Counted from the stretch's first letter, positions 53,310-62,544 are shown. The stretch is 64,000 bases of DNA from Alphaproteobacteria bacterium (GCA_965232515.1 CBDDPY010000002.1:2560001-2624000); one strand, 5' to 3'. A program made the numbers and translations. The notes: generated by a model not told the origin, from the letters alone.

Positions 53310-54644
53310 ATGCGTCCGCGATCGCGTAGCGAATCAGCCAGCTACTGGCCGGGTTTCGTCGATGCCCTGACCACGCTGCTGCTGGTCATCATCTTCCTGC
53401 TGGTCGTGTTCGTGCTGGCTCAGGTCGTGCTCAGCAGCGCCATTACCGGCAAGGACGAGGCGCTGGACCGCCTCAATCGGCAGGTCTCGGAACTCGCCGA
53501 CCTGCTGGCGCTGGAACGGCAGGACAACGCCAATCTGCGGCTCGACGTGGCGCAGCTGTCGAGCTCGCTGCAGACAGCCGTCTCCGAACGCGACGAATTG
53601 GTGTTGTCGTTGCAGCGCATGACCGACCGCGCGGGCGAACTGGAGCGCCGGGCCGAGGCGGCCGAAACGGCGCTCGCCGAGGCCGAGGCGACGGTTACCG
53701 CCAGCAAGGAGACGCTTGAGCTGCGCTTGCGCGAGATGGCGAGCCTGCGTCGCGACATCGCCGCGTTACGCGAGCTTCGCTCGGATCTCGAGAGCCGCAT
53801 CGGACAGCTCACCGGCAATCTCGAGGAGAGCCGCACCGAGGTTGGCTCGCTCCGAGACCGCACCAAGGAGCTCGAGGCGCAACTGGCCGACGCCGAGGAG
53901 CGGACGCTGCTGGCGCAGAAGGAAATCGCCGACCGCGACGTGCGCCTGTCCGAGTTGCTGGACCTCTATCAGCGCCTGGACGAGGACTATGCCGCCGAGC
54001 AGAAGCTGAGCGGCGAACAGCGGGCGCAGATCGGGCGGCTGAACCAGCAGATCCTGGCCCTGCGGCAGGAGCTGCAGAAGCTCAACGCGGCGCTCGACGC
54101 CGCCGAGCTGAAAGACCAGGAAAGCGAGGCCGTGATCGCCGATCTCGGCAAGCGCCTGAACCGGGCGCTCGCCGGCAAGGTCGAGGAACTGTCGCGCTAC
54201 CGCTCGGAATTCTTCGGCCGGCTGCGCGAGGTGCTGGGGAGCCGCCGCGACATTCAGATCGTTGGCGATCGCTTCGTGTTCCAGTCGGAAGTGCTGTTCG
54301 ACAGCGGCTCGGCCGAGCTGGAACCGGAAGGCCGGGCGCAACTGGCGCAACTCGCCGAGACGCTGTTGGAGATTTCCCAGCGTATCCCGGGCGAAATCAA
54401 CTGGATCCTGCGCGTCGACGGCCATACCGACAGCCGGCCGATCGCCACCGCCAGGTTCCCATCGAACTGGGAGCTCTCGGCCGCCCGGGCCATCTCGGTG
54501 ACGAAATTCCTGGTTGATCAGGGCGTGCCGTCGGAACGCCTGGCCGCGACCGGTTTCGCGGCCTTCCAGCCGCTCGACGACCGCTACGACGAAATCGCCT
54601 ACCGCCGCAACCGGCGCATCGAATTGAAGCTAACGCAACGTTAG
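53310..54644 (+). CDS. MotB-like peptidoglycan-binding protein (TM, long coiled coil, OmpA domain)
   Basis: WPGFVDALTTLLLVIIFLL TM with Asp; heptad-rich middle; VLFDSGSAEL, VDGHTD, SNWELSAARA, NRRIELKL. Confidence 0.88.
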   Translation: MRPRSRSESASYWPGFVDALTTLLLVIIFLLVVFVLAQVVLSSAITGKDEALDRLNRQVSELADLLALERQDNANLRLDVAQLSSSLQTAVSERDELVLSLQRMTDRAGELERRAEAAETALAEAEATVTASKETLELRLREMASLRRDIAALRELRSDLESRIGQLTGNLEESRTEVGSLRDRTKELEAQLADAEERTLLAQKEIADRDVRLSELLDLYQRLDEDYAAEQKLSGEQRAQIGRLNQQILALRQELQKLNAALDAAELKDQESEAVIADLGKRLNRALAGKVEELSRYRSEFFGRLREVLGSRRDIQIVGDRFVFQSEVLFDSGSAELEPEGRAQLAQLAETLLEISQRIPGEINWILRVDGHTDSRPIATARFPSNWELSAARAISVTKFLVDQGVPSERLAATGFAAFQPLDDRYDEIAYRRNRRIELKLTQR

Positions 54645-54651
54645 AACGGAG

Positions 54652-56463
54652 TTAGTTGCCCGCGACAATGCGCGGTGTCGGGACCGCCTGGCCGGTCTCG
54701 AACTGCAGCGCCGCCAGGTGCGCGTAAAGCCCGTCGCGCTGGATCAGTTCCGCGTGCGTGCCGGTTTCGACGATGGCGCCCTGATCCATGACCACGATGC
54801 GGTCGGCCCGCAGCACCGTTGCCAGCCGGTGGGCGATGACGACGGTCGTGCGGTCCGCCATCAGCTTTTCCAGCGCCGCCTGCACCATGCGCTCGCTCTC
54901 GGCGTCGAGGGCGCTGGTCGCTTCGTCCAGCAACAGCACGGACGGATTGCGCAGGATCGCCCGCGCGATGGCGATGCGCTGACGCTGGCCGCCCGACAGC
55001 CGGACGCCGCGCTCGCCCAGGAACGTCTCGAACCCGTCCGGCAGCTCGTCGATAAAGGCGGCGGCGTTCGCCGCCACCGCCGCGGCCCTGACCTCGTCGT
55101 CGCTCGCCTCGGGCCGGCCGTAGCGGATGTTCTCGAAGGCGTTGGCGGCGAAGATCACCGGATCCTGCGGCACCAGGCCCAGCCGGCTGCGCAGCGCCTG
55201 CGGCTCGACGGCGGCGATGTCGACATCGTCCAGCAGGATTTGCCCGGACTGCGGATCGAAGAACCGAAGCAGCAGTTGGAAGATCGTGCTCTTGCCGGCG
55301 CCGGATGGCCCGACCAGCGCCACGGTCTCGCCGGGCGCGATCGTCAGATCGAAGTCGATGACGGCGGCCTGCTCCGGCCGCGAGGGATAGTTGAACCCGA
55401 CGGCCTCGAAGGTGACGGCCCCGCGCGCCGGCTCGGGCAGCGGCAACGGTTGCGCCGGCGCTGCGATTTCCGGCTCGATATCGAGCAACTGCATCAACCG
55501 CTCGGCGGCCCCGGCCGCGCGCTGCAGGTCGCCGAACACCTCGGACAGGGCGCCGAGCGCGCCGGCAACGACGATCGCATAGAACACGAAGGCCGCCAGC
55601 TCGCCGCCCGACATCACGCCCTCGACCACGTCCTTGGCGCCGATCCAGACCACCAGATCGACCGCGCCGAAGACCAGCAGCATGACCATGGCCGTCATCC
55701 AGGCCCGTGCCCGGGTGCGCTTAACCGCGGTGTCGAAGGCCGACGTCGTGACCTCGGCGAACCGCGCCCGGTCGATCGCCTCGTGCACGAAGGCCTGCAC
55801 GATCTGCACGGCGTTGAGACTTTCGCCGGCATGACTGCTGATATCGGCCACGCGGTCCTGGCTCGCCCGTGACAATCGCCGGACCTTGCGCCCGAAAATC
55901 ACGATCGGCAGGATCACGACCGGCAGCATCAGGAACACGAGGCCCGTCAGCTTCGGGCTGGAAATCACCAGCAACACCGAGCCGCCGAGAAACAGCAGCA
56001 GGTTGCGCATCGCCACCGAGGCGGTCGAGCCGACCACGGTCTGGATCAGGGTGGTGTCGGCGGTCAGCCGCGACAGCACCTCGCCGGTCCGCGTGGTCTC
56101 GAAGAAGGCGGGGCTGAGGCCGATGACATGGTCGTAAACGGCCTTGCGGATGTCGGCGACCACCCGCTCGCCCAGCCATGTCACCAGGTAGAAGCGCATA
56201 AACGTGGCGGCGGCAAGCACCGCGACCACGCCCAACAATCCGATGAAGTACTGGTCGATCAGATGAGCATCTTCGGCGAAGCCGTGGTCGACCACCCGGC
56301 GGATCGCCTGGCCGATGGCCAGCACCGCGCCGGCGGCGATGATCAGCGCCACCAGGGCGCCCAGCATGACGTGAATGTAGGGCCGCACGAACGGCCCCAG
56401 CCGCCGCAGCCCGGTCAGACGCCGATCGCCCGACGTGTCCTCAACTCCCGACTTGTCGCTCAC
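54652..56463 (-). CDS. ABC exporter, fused permease/ATPase (MsbA-related)
   Basis: Six-TM domain, Walker [10 protein letters not shown], signature [20 protein letters not shown]. Confidence 0.92.
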   Translation of the reverse strand: MSDKSGVEDTSGDRRLTGLRRLGPFVRPYIHVMLGALVALIIAAGAVLAIGQAIRRVVDHGFAEDAHLIDQYFIGLLGVVAVLAAATFMRFYLVTWLGERVVADIRKAVYDHVIGLSPAFFETTRTGEVLSRLTADTTLIQTVVGSTASVAMRNLLLFLGGSVLLVISSPKLTGLVFLMLPVVILPIVIFGRKVRRLSRASQDRVADISSHAGESLNAVQIVQAFVHEAIDRARFAEVTTSAFDTAVKRTRARAWMTAMVMLLVFGAVDLVVWIGAKDVVEGVMSGGELAAFVFYAIVVAGALGALSEVFGDLQRAAGAAERLMQLLDIEPEIAAPAQPLPLPEPARGAVTFEAVGFNYPSRPEQAAVIDFDLTIAPGETVALVGPSGAGKSTIFQLLLRFFDPQSGQILLDDVDIAAVEPQALRSRLGLVPQDPVIFAANAFENIRYGRPEASDDEVRAAAVAANAAAFIDELPDGFETFLGERGVRLSGGQRQRIAIARAILRNPSVLLLDEATSALDAESERMVQAALEKLMADRTTVVIAHRLATVLRADRIVVMDQGAIVETGTHAELIQRDGLYAHLAALQFETGQAVPTPRIVAGN

Positions 56464-56555
56464 CCGGCTTCCCGTCTCGTCCGTCGCATCCGTCCCGCCA
56501 GACCGCCCTTTGGGGGTATAGCAACAGGTGGGGGCCGGCTCAACGCAAAGGGTTC

Positions 56556-56584
56556 TTGCTACCGACCCGCCCGTTAGCTATATA
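56556..56584 (+). promoter_or_regulatory. Sigma70-like promoter of rpmE
   Basis: TTGCTA-N17-TATATA. Confidence 0.55.
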
Positions 56585-56611
56585 CGCGCGTCGAGATCCT
56601 GGAGTTCCGCG

Positions 56612-56833
56612 ATGAAGAAAGAAATCCACCCCGAATACCACGAAATCACCGTGGTCATGACGGACGGTACCGAGTTCAAGACCCGCTCGACCTATGGCAG
56701 CGCCGGGGATGTCCTGAAGCTGGATATCGATCCCAACACGCATCCGGCCTGGACCGGCGGCCCCCAGCGCGTGCTCGAAACCGGCCGCGTGGCGCGGTTC
56801 CGCAACAAGTTCAAGGATTTCAATCTGGGCTGA
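56612..56833 (+). CDS. rpmE: 50S ribosomal protein L31 (Cys-free type)
   Basis: [33 protein letters not shown]; GGAG SD. Confidence 0.96.
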   Translation: MKKEIHPEYHEITVVMTDGTEFKTRSTYGSAGDVLKLDIDPNTHPAWTGGPQRVLETGRVARFRNKFKDFNLG

Positions 56834-56851
56834 GCGGCGGCGGCACCCACG

Positions 56852-57286
56852 TCAGGGGCGGCTGTTCCGGGCCACGATCTCGTCCAGGCGCGCGATCCGC
56901 GCGTACAGGCCCTCGCTTCGATCCAAAAGCTCAAGCAGATCCCGCGGCAATCCCGCCGTCGGCAGGGGACCTTCGGCCAGGCAGACGGTCTGGCCGCCCA
57001 AGCGCCAATTTTCGGACGCCAGCTCTTCGGAGGCAATTTCGCCCGCATGGGCCGCCCGCTGCACGATCAGCCAGGCCATCACCTGGGTCAGGCGTGACGT
57101 CAGCCGCATGCTCTCGACGCTGTAGGCGAGGCCACGGTCGACCGGCAGTCCGGAGGCATCCCGCTGCCCCTTGACCGTCAGATAGTCCCGCGCCTCCTGC
57201 AGCAGGCGCAGGGCCTCATCAAAGGTTCGGCCGAAATAGACGGGATCGGCATCGCCGCCCACGGCCGGCATCTCGACGTCCCGCAA
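56852..57286 (-). CDS. rcdA: DUF1465 family protein (RcdA-like ClpXP adaptor)
   Basis: ESMRLTSRLTQVMAWLIVQRAAHAGEI and LYARIARLD; convergent with rpmE; start uncertain. Confidence 0.8.
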   Translation of the reverse strand: MRDVEMPAVGGDADPVYFGRTFDEALRLLQEARDYLTVKGQRDASGLPVDRGLAYSVESMRLTSRLTQVMAWLIVQRAAHAGEIASEELASENWRLGGQTVCLAEGPLPTAGLPRDLLELLDRSEGLYARIARLDEIVARNSRP

Positions 57287-57373
57287 AACCTGTCCCTCGT
57301 CTGCCGACGTGTGCCCGTGAATAGGTCGGATTATCGGCCGGAATCGTTAAGAAACTGGCCGGTTCGGACCGGT

Positions 57374-57401
57374 CTTGAATCGGCCGCGGACGGCCATATC
57401 T
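57374..57401 (+). promoter_or_regulatory. Sigma-32 (RpoH) promoter of the small heat-shock operon
   Basis: CTTGAA-N14-CCATATCT. Confidence 0.8.
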
Positions 57402-57404
57402 AGA

Positions 57405-57511
57405 GGTTGTACCGGGTGCCGGATATGGGCCCGGGAACATCGCCGGCCCGGCCGAAAACGGCGGGCCACTGAAACGCTGGTATTGCTCATGAAGGAGGAT
57501 ATCAAGCCATG
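57405..57511 (+). promoter_or_regulatory. ROSE-like RNA thermometer
   Basis: Several 5' hairpins; the last pairs GGTATTGCTC (57479-57488) with SD-containing GAGGATATC (57495-57503), leaving the G of UUGCU bulged. Confidence 0.75.
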
Positions 57512-57940
57512 CGTCGCTTTGACCTTACCCCCCTCTATCGTTCTACGGTTGGTTTCGACCGCTTCAATCGCGTCTTTGATGCGATCGGCGGCCTCGATGC
57601 GCCGGCCCAGACCTACCCGCCCTACAACATCGAAAAGTCCGGCGAGGATGCCTACCGCATCACCATGGCCGTCGCCGGCTTCCGCGAGGCGGATATCGAC
57701 GTCACCGTGACCGACAGCACGCTGGTCATCACCGGCAAGCAGATCGCCGATCAGGAAGGCGTCGAGTACCTGCACCGCGGCATCGCCGGACGCCCGTTCG
57801 AACGCCGGTTCGAGCTGGCCGACAGCATCAAGGTCGTCGGTGGGCGGCTGGAGAACGGCCTGCTGCACGTCGATCTCGTCCGCGAGGTGCCGGAGCACAA
57901 GCGCCCGCGGCAGATCAAGATCGACGCCGTTGCGGCCTGA
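57509..57940 (+). CDS. ibpA: Small heat-shock protein, IbpA-like
   Basis: FDLTPLYRSTVGFDR, YPPYNIEK, YLHRGIA, LENGLLHVDL. Confidence 0.93.
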   Translation: MRRFDLTPLYRSTVGFDRFNRVFDAIGGLDAPAQTYPPYNIEKSGEDAYRITMAVAGFREADIDVTVTDSTLVITGKQIADQEGVEYLHRGIAGRPFERRFELADSIKVVGGRLENGLLHVDLVREVPEHKRPRQIKIDAVAA

Positions 57941-58049
57941 CGCCTCAACCAACCGTTAACCACAGCAACGTGATGGCCCCGCCGCTCGCGGGACGACAGG
58001 ACGGGTGCGTCCGCCGGCGGGGCCCATCCGGAATTCGATGGAGTTGATC

Positions 58050-58529
58050 ATGGCATCCAATCGCCTCGTTCCCTGGAACCGCCGCTTTCCGGCCTCAAGC
58101 CCGCTGTTCGGCGATCTGCAGCAGCAGATCAACCGCCTGTTCGACGACGCCTGGGGCGGTGACGTGGCCTCGCCGCAGGCCGAAGGCATCGCGCATCTGA
58201 CGCCCAGCATCGACGTCAGCGAAACCGACGACGCCTATCACATCGACGCCGAACTGCCGGGCGCCGACGAAAAGGACATCGACGTCACGCTGACCGACGG
58301 CGTCCTCAGCCTGAAGGGCGAGAAGAAGGTCGAGTCCGAGCGAAAGGAGAAGAACGCGCTCGTCAAGGAACGCCGCTACGGCAGCTTCTTCCGCTCGTTC
58401 CGCCTGCCGCCCGAGGTCGACGTCGACGGCATCCAGGCCAAGTTCGAGAAGGGCGTCCTGCACGTCACCGTGCCGAAAAAGCCGGAAGCGAAGCAGGCCA
58501 CCAAACAGATCGAAATCAAGTCGTCGTAA
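58050..58529 (+). CDS. Hsp20/alpha-crystallin family protein (class B)
   Basis: PSIDVSETD, AELPG, ERRYGSFFRSFRLP, AKFEKGVLHVTVPK. Confidence 0.93.
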   Translation: MASNRLVPWNRRFPASSPLFGDLQQQINRLFDDAWGGDVASPQAEGIAHLTPSIDVSETDDAYHIDAELPGADEKDIDVTLTDGVLSLKGEKKVESERKEKNALVKERRYGSFFRSFRLPPEVDVDGIQAKFEKGVLHVTVPKKPEAKQATKQIEIKSS

Positions 58530-58559
58530 CCCGACGTTTAAGCAATCGAAATCGATTGT

Positions 58560-58592
58560 CGCCCGTCCTGCCCGGGGCGGGCGCTTTCGTTT
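58560..58592 (+). terminator. Intrinsic terminator after the hsp20 operon
   Basis: Stem CGCCCGTCC/GGGCGGGCG (one G-U pair) followed by CTTTCGTTT. Confidence 0.65.
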
Positions 58593-58604
58593 GGAGCCGG
58601 TCCG

Positions 58605-59393
58605 CTAGAAGAATGCCCGCATGGCGTCCAGGGTCTCGTCAGGGGCCTCTTCCATCATGATGTGGCCGACGCCTTTCAGCACGGTCACGTCGGCCTGCGT
58701 CATCGCGGCGGCCAAACCGCGCGCCACCTTGACCGGCGCCATCATGTCTTTTTCGCCCAGCACGAACAGCGCCGGACAGCTGATGGCTTCGGCCGCCGCC
58801 TCGCCGTCGTTGTAAGCGTTGCAGGCGTTCAGGTCGTTGAACAGCACGCCGTCGCCGGCATGTTCCAGCACCCTTAGGCCGCCGCGCATCATCCACAGGC
58901 CCGGCACGCGGTGGCCGCCGAACTGGGCGTTGCGGCCGAAACCCCAGCTGTTCACCAGGTCCATGGCCAGATGCTCGTTCGCCTTCGCCGGCTGCAGCAA
59001 GGCGTCGTTCACCCGCATCGGATAGCCGGCGCCCAAGAGGCAGATCGACATCACCCGGTCGGCATGGCGCGCCGCCGCGTCGAGCGCCACCAGCGCGCCC
59101 ATGCTGTGGCCGGCAAGCGCCGACTTGCCGACGCCGGCGGCGTCCAGCAGCCGCATCAACCAATCGGCCATCTCGGGGATCGTTTCCAGCAACGGCCCCT
59201 CGGACCGGCCATGGCCCGGCAGGTCGACCGCCAGCACGCCATAGCCGTGCCAGGCGAAGTATCGCGTCTGCAGGGTCCAGACCGTGTGATCGAACGAAGC
59301 GCCGTGGACAAAGACGATCGTCGGCAGCGACGGATCGAACGGCTTGCCGCCGGTGGCGGCGAACACCTTGCGGTCGTCGACAGTCAGTTCCAT
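58605..59393 (-). CDS. Alpha/beta hydrolase
   Basis: FVHGA, DLPGHGRS, nucleophile elbow GHSMG, catalytic D (GEKDMM) and H (VGHIM). Confidence 0.9.
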   Translation of the reverse strand: MELTVDDRKVFAATGGKPFDPSLPTIVFVHGASFDHTVWTLQTRYFAWHGYGVLAVDLPGHGRSEGPLLETIPEMADWLMRLLDAAGVGKSALAGHSMGALVALDAAARHADRVMSICLLGAGYPMRVNDALLQPAKANEHLAMDLVNSWGFGRNAQFGGHRVPGLWMMRGGLRVLEHAGDGVLFNDLNACNAYNDGEAAAEAISCPALFVLGEKDMMAPVKVARGLAAAMTQADVTVLKGVGHIMMEEAPDETLDAMRAFF

Positions 59394-59398
59394 GACGG

Positions 59399-60694
59399 CT
59401 ACCCCTTCTGCGCGGCGCGCAGGCCGCGCTTCAGATCGTCGACCAGATCGGCCGGATCCTCGAGACCGATCGACAGGCGCACCAACTCCTCGCCGATCCC
59501 GGCCGCCTTCAGTGCGTCGGCGTCCATCTGCTGATGTGTGGTGCTGGCCGGATGGATAACGAGGCTTTTCGCGTCGCCGACATTGGCCAGGTGCGAAAAC
59601 AGACCCAACGCCTCGATGAAGCGGCGGCCGGCCTCCCGCCCGCCCTTGACGCCAAAGCTGAAGATCGCCCCGCAGCCATCGGGCAACAGCGTCTTGGCGA
59701 GGTTGTGGTCGCGATGGCTCGGCAGTTCGGGATAGCTGACCCATTCGACGGCCTCGTGTTCGTCGAGAAAGCCGACGACCTTGCGGGTGTTCTCGACGTG
59801 ACGCTGCATGCGCACGCCCAGGGTCTCCACCCCCTGCAGAATGTAGAAGGCGTTCTGCGGCGGCATCGCGGCGCCGAAGTCGCGCAGGCCCTCGGCACGC
59901 GCGCGCATGATCAAGGCGCGTGGGCCGAACTCCTCGGCGAAGTCGAGGCCGTGATAGCCATCATAGGGTTCGGTCAGCGTCGGGAACTTGCCCGACGCTT
60001 CCCAATCGAAGGTGCCGCCGTCGACCAGCACGCCGCCGATGGCAACGCCGTGGCCGCCGAGGAACTTGGTGGCCGAATGCATGACCAGATCGGCGCCATG
60101 CTCGAACGGCCGGAACAGGTGCGGCGTGGCGAAGGTGTTGTCGATCATCAGCGGCAGGCCGTGATCGTGAGCCACCTTGCCAATGGCTGCCATGTCCATG
60201 ACCTCAAGGCCGGGATTGCCCAGCGTCTCGCCGAAGACAAGGCGCGTCTCGGGCCGAATGGCGGCGGCGAACGCGTTCGGATCGCGCGGGTCGACAAATG
60301 TCGTGGTAATGCCGAAGCGCGGCAGCGTGTGCTGCATCATGTTGTGGCTGCCGCCGTAGATCGAAGCCGACGAGACGATATGGCCGCCGTGGCCCATCAG
60401 CGTCGCGATGCCGAGATGGAGCGCCGCCTGGCCGCTCGCCGTGCAGATGGCGCCGACGCCGCCCTCGAGCGCCGCAATGCGTTCCTCCAGAACGGCCACG
60501 GTCGGGTTGGAGATGCGCGAATAGATGTGACCGGCGCGCTCCAGATTGAACAGGGCGGCGGCATGGTCGGTGTCGTCGAACACGAACGACGTCGATTGAT
60601 AGATCGGTACGGCGCGCGCGCCCGTCGCGGGGTCCGGACGCTGGCCCGCGTGCAGGCTCAACGTATCGCGCTTCAGATAATTCGGATCCGCCAT
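59399..60694 (-). CDS. metY: O-acetylhomoserine aminocarboxypropyltransferase/sulfhydrylase
   Basis: [30 protein letters not shown] lysine in [30 protein letters not shown]. Confidence 0.92.
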   Translation of the reverse strand: MADPNYLKRDTLSLHAGQRPDPATGARAVPIYQSTSFVFDDTDHAAALFNLERAGHIYSRISNPTVAVLEERIAALEGGVGAICTASGQAALHLGIATLMGHGGHIVSSASIYGGSHNMMQHTLPRFGITTTFVDPRDPNAFAAAIRPETRLVFGETLGNPGLEVMDMAAIGKVAHDHGLPLMIDNTFATPHLFRPFEHGADLVMHSATKFLGGHGVAIGGVLVDGGTFDWEASGKFPTLTEPYDGYHGLDFAEEFGPRALIMRARAEGLRDFGAAMPPQNAFYILQGVETLGVRMQRHVENTRKVVGFLDEHEAVEWVSYPELPSHRDHNLAKTLLPDGCGAIFSFGVKGGREAGRRFIEALGLFSHLANVGDAKSLVIHPASTTHQQMDADALKAAGIGEELVRLSIGLEDPADLVDDLKRGLRAAQKG

Positions 60695-60726
60695 GTCGCG
60701 CCTCGCCGTTGTCGGGAACGGCGGGC

Positions 60727-60755
60727 ATGGTAGTCGGCCCCGTTGAAATGTCCAA
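60727..60755 (-). promoter_or_regulatory. Sigma70-like promoter of metY
   Basis: TTGGAC-N17-TACCAT on the minus strand. Confidence 0.4.
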
Positions 60756-60801
60756 CAGCCCGCGGTCAGCCGATCACTGGCGACGAGGTGCGGAATTAGT
60801 T

Positions 60802-60834
60802 AAGGGGCTGCCGTTTCCGGCAGCCCCTTTTTTT
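60802..60834 (+). terminator. Strong plus-strand intrinsic terminator with no upstream plus-strand CDS
   Basis: AAGGGGCTGCCG-TTTC-CGGCAGCCCC followed by T7. Confidence 0.8.
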
Positions 60835-61036
60835 GTTGTCGCCTCGACCTGTCAGACTCGCGTCTTTGTCAAGATGTGACCTTAAACACTGTGCAAAGAC
60901 GGTCAAGTCCGAAAACGATTCGTTAACTCATTTTAAGTCGCCACCAAATTCTCGCGTTGCCGCAATTAACCAGCGTTTGCCCAACAGCACAGTGGCGCAT
61001 GCATCCGAAATTCCGTCGGAATGTAAGGAAATAGGC

Positions 61037-61140
61037 AAAAAAAGGAGCCGCGCGGGAGCGCGGCTCGAGTCAACAGGGAGGCGTCAACAGACTGGATGAG
61101 ATCCAGCTGGGACAAGCTTGACTGGAATCAATCAAGCTAT
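61037..61140 (-). ncRNA. suhB/MmgR (alpha-r8)-like small RNA
   Basis: Minus strand: two 5' hairpins (AGCTTGA/TCAAGCT; CTGGAT/ATCCAG), anti-SD core GACGCCTCCCTGTTGACT, terminator GAGCCGCGC/GCGCGGCTC followed by T7; 5' end approximate. Confidence 0.75.
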
Positions 61141-61163
61141 AGTGGAGACGGTAGGCCTGAAGT

Positions 61164-61179
61164 GTTAATGAAATCTTAA
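61164..61179 (-). promoter_or_regulatory. Full CtrA box upstream of the sRNA
   Basis: TTAA-GATTTCA-TTAAC on the minus strand matches TTAA-N7-TTAAC exactly; extra GTTAAC at 61184-61189. Confidence 0.7.
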
Positions 61180-61257
61180 AAACGTTAACAAATTTGAATT
61201 TTTTCGTTTTTTCTTGTGGATAGACTGTGGATTTAGATGGGGTAACCTCGGCAGTTT

Positions 61258-61440
61258 CTATTTTTTAAAGAAGGCTTCGGCGCCGCCGCGCGCGTCTTCC
61301 TTGAGGGCGATGGCCTCACGGACACGCGCGATTTCGGCCTCGAGGTCGTCGATATACTCGTGCAGCGCCTCGATCGACATTTCCTCGAGCTTGGGCTTCT
61401 CCGGCTTCTTCGGTGGCGGATCCAACGTATCCCAATCCAT
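61258..61440 (-). CDS. DUF1192 domain small protein
   Basis: LEEMSIEALHEYIDDLEAEIARVREAIALK...AEAFFKK; GGGAGG SD; divergent from the quinone oxidoreductase. Confidence 0.85.
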   Translation of the reverse strand: MDWDTLDPPPKKPEKPKLEEMSIEALHEYIDDLEAEIARVREAIALKEDARGGAEAFFKK

Positions 61441-61542
61441 TGAACTGCCTCCCTGACTGTGCCGGCCTATTCGCCGGTTGCCTGCCGTTGTCGAACATAC
61501 TAGACCGGATACCATTATCGCCAGACCCGAGCCGGATTTGCC

Positions 61543-62544
61543 ATGACGACGTTGCCCGACAACATGACCGCGATCGAGATCACCGAGCCTGGAGGCCCGG
61601 AGGTCCTGCGGCCAACAACACGGCCGCTGCCCAGCTATGGCGAGGGGGAGGTCTTGATCAAGGTCGCCGCGGCCGGCGTCAATCGCCCGGACTGCATGCA
61701 GCGTGAGGGCGGTTATCCGCCGCCACCCGGCGCGCCGGACATTCCGGGTCTGGAGCTTGCCGGTAGCGTCGTCGCCGTTGGCCCAGGTGTCACCGGCCTG
61801 GCGGTCGGCGATCGGGTCTGCGCGCTGGTCGCCGGGGGCGGCTATGCCGAATACTGCATGGCCGCGGCAGACCTGTGCCTGCCGGTGCCGACGGGCTTCG
61901 GCATGACCGAGGCTGCCGCGCTGCCGGAGACCTTCTTCACGGTTTGGACGAACGTGTTTCAGCGTGGCCGTTTGCAGTCGGGCGAAACCATCCTGATCCA
62001 TGGCGGGTCGAGCGGCATCGGCACCACGGCGATCCGCCTCGCGAAGCATTTCGGCGCGCGCGTCTTCGTAACCGCCGGCAGCGCCGACAAGTGTCGGGCC
62101 TGCGAGGCGCTGGGCGCGGACCAGGCGATCAACTACCGCGAGGCGGACTTCGTTGAGACCGTCAGGGAACTGACCGATGGCGCCGGCGTCGATCTGATCC
62201 TGGACATGGTCGGCGGCGACTACATGCCCCGCAACGTCCAGGCGCTCGCCGTCGAGGGGCGGCTGGTGCAGATCGCCTTTCTACGCAGCCCGAAGATGGA
62301 GTTCAATTTCCTGCCGATGATGCTGAAGCGCCTGACGCTGACTGGGTCGACCTTGCGGCCGCGCACAGTGGCCCAGAAGGCCGTCATCGCCGAGGAATTG
62401 CGCAGCCGGGTCTGGCCGCTGCTGAACGATGGCAAGGTCAAGCCGGTGATGGATTCGACGTATCCCCTGGCTGACGCCGCCGGCGCCCATGCGCGCATGG
62501 AAAGCAGCGGCCATATCGGTAAGATCGTGCTTGAGATTTCGTAG
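61543..62544 (+). CDS. NAD(P)H-quinone oxidoreductase (PIG3/zeta-crystallin family)
   Basis: AAGVNRPD, PGLELAG, IHGGSSGIG, GSTLRPR, HIGKIVL. Confidence 0.93.
   Translation: MTTLPDNMTAIEITEPGGPEVLRPTTRPLPSYGEGEVLIKVAAAGVNRPDCMQREGGYPPPPGAPDIPGLELAGSVVAVGPGVTGLAVGDRVCALVAGGGYAEYCMAAADLCLPVPTGFGMTEAAALPETFFTVWTNVFQRGRLQSGETILIHGGSSGIGTTAIRLAKHFGARVFVTAGSADKCRACEALGADQAINYREADFVETVRELTDGAGVDLILDMVGGDYMPRNVQALAVEGRLVQIAFLRSPKMEFNFLPMMLKRLTLTGSTLRPRTVAQKAVIAEELRSRVWPLLNDGKVKPVMDSTYPLADAAGAHARMESSGHIGKIVLEIS

Noticed and set aside
52143-54644. Calling the motor pair a Zorya defence system or flagellar motAB
   Set aside because: No zorC/D/E or flagellar genes are adjacent and the context is housekeeping (efp-suhB, rpmE); kept as an orphan motor
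56612-56833. Cys-free L31 as a zinc-starvation paralog
   Set aside because: Cys-free L31 is the usual form in alphaproteobacteria; no paired L36 paralog or Zur box seen
60695-60800. SAM riboswitch upstream of metY
   Set aside because: No SAM-II or SAM-SAH consensus recognised, and the candidate promoter leaves only a very short leader
60923-60936. Second full CtrA box
   Set aside because: TTAA-N6-TTAA spacing does not match the N7 consensus; at most a half-site
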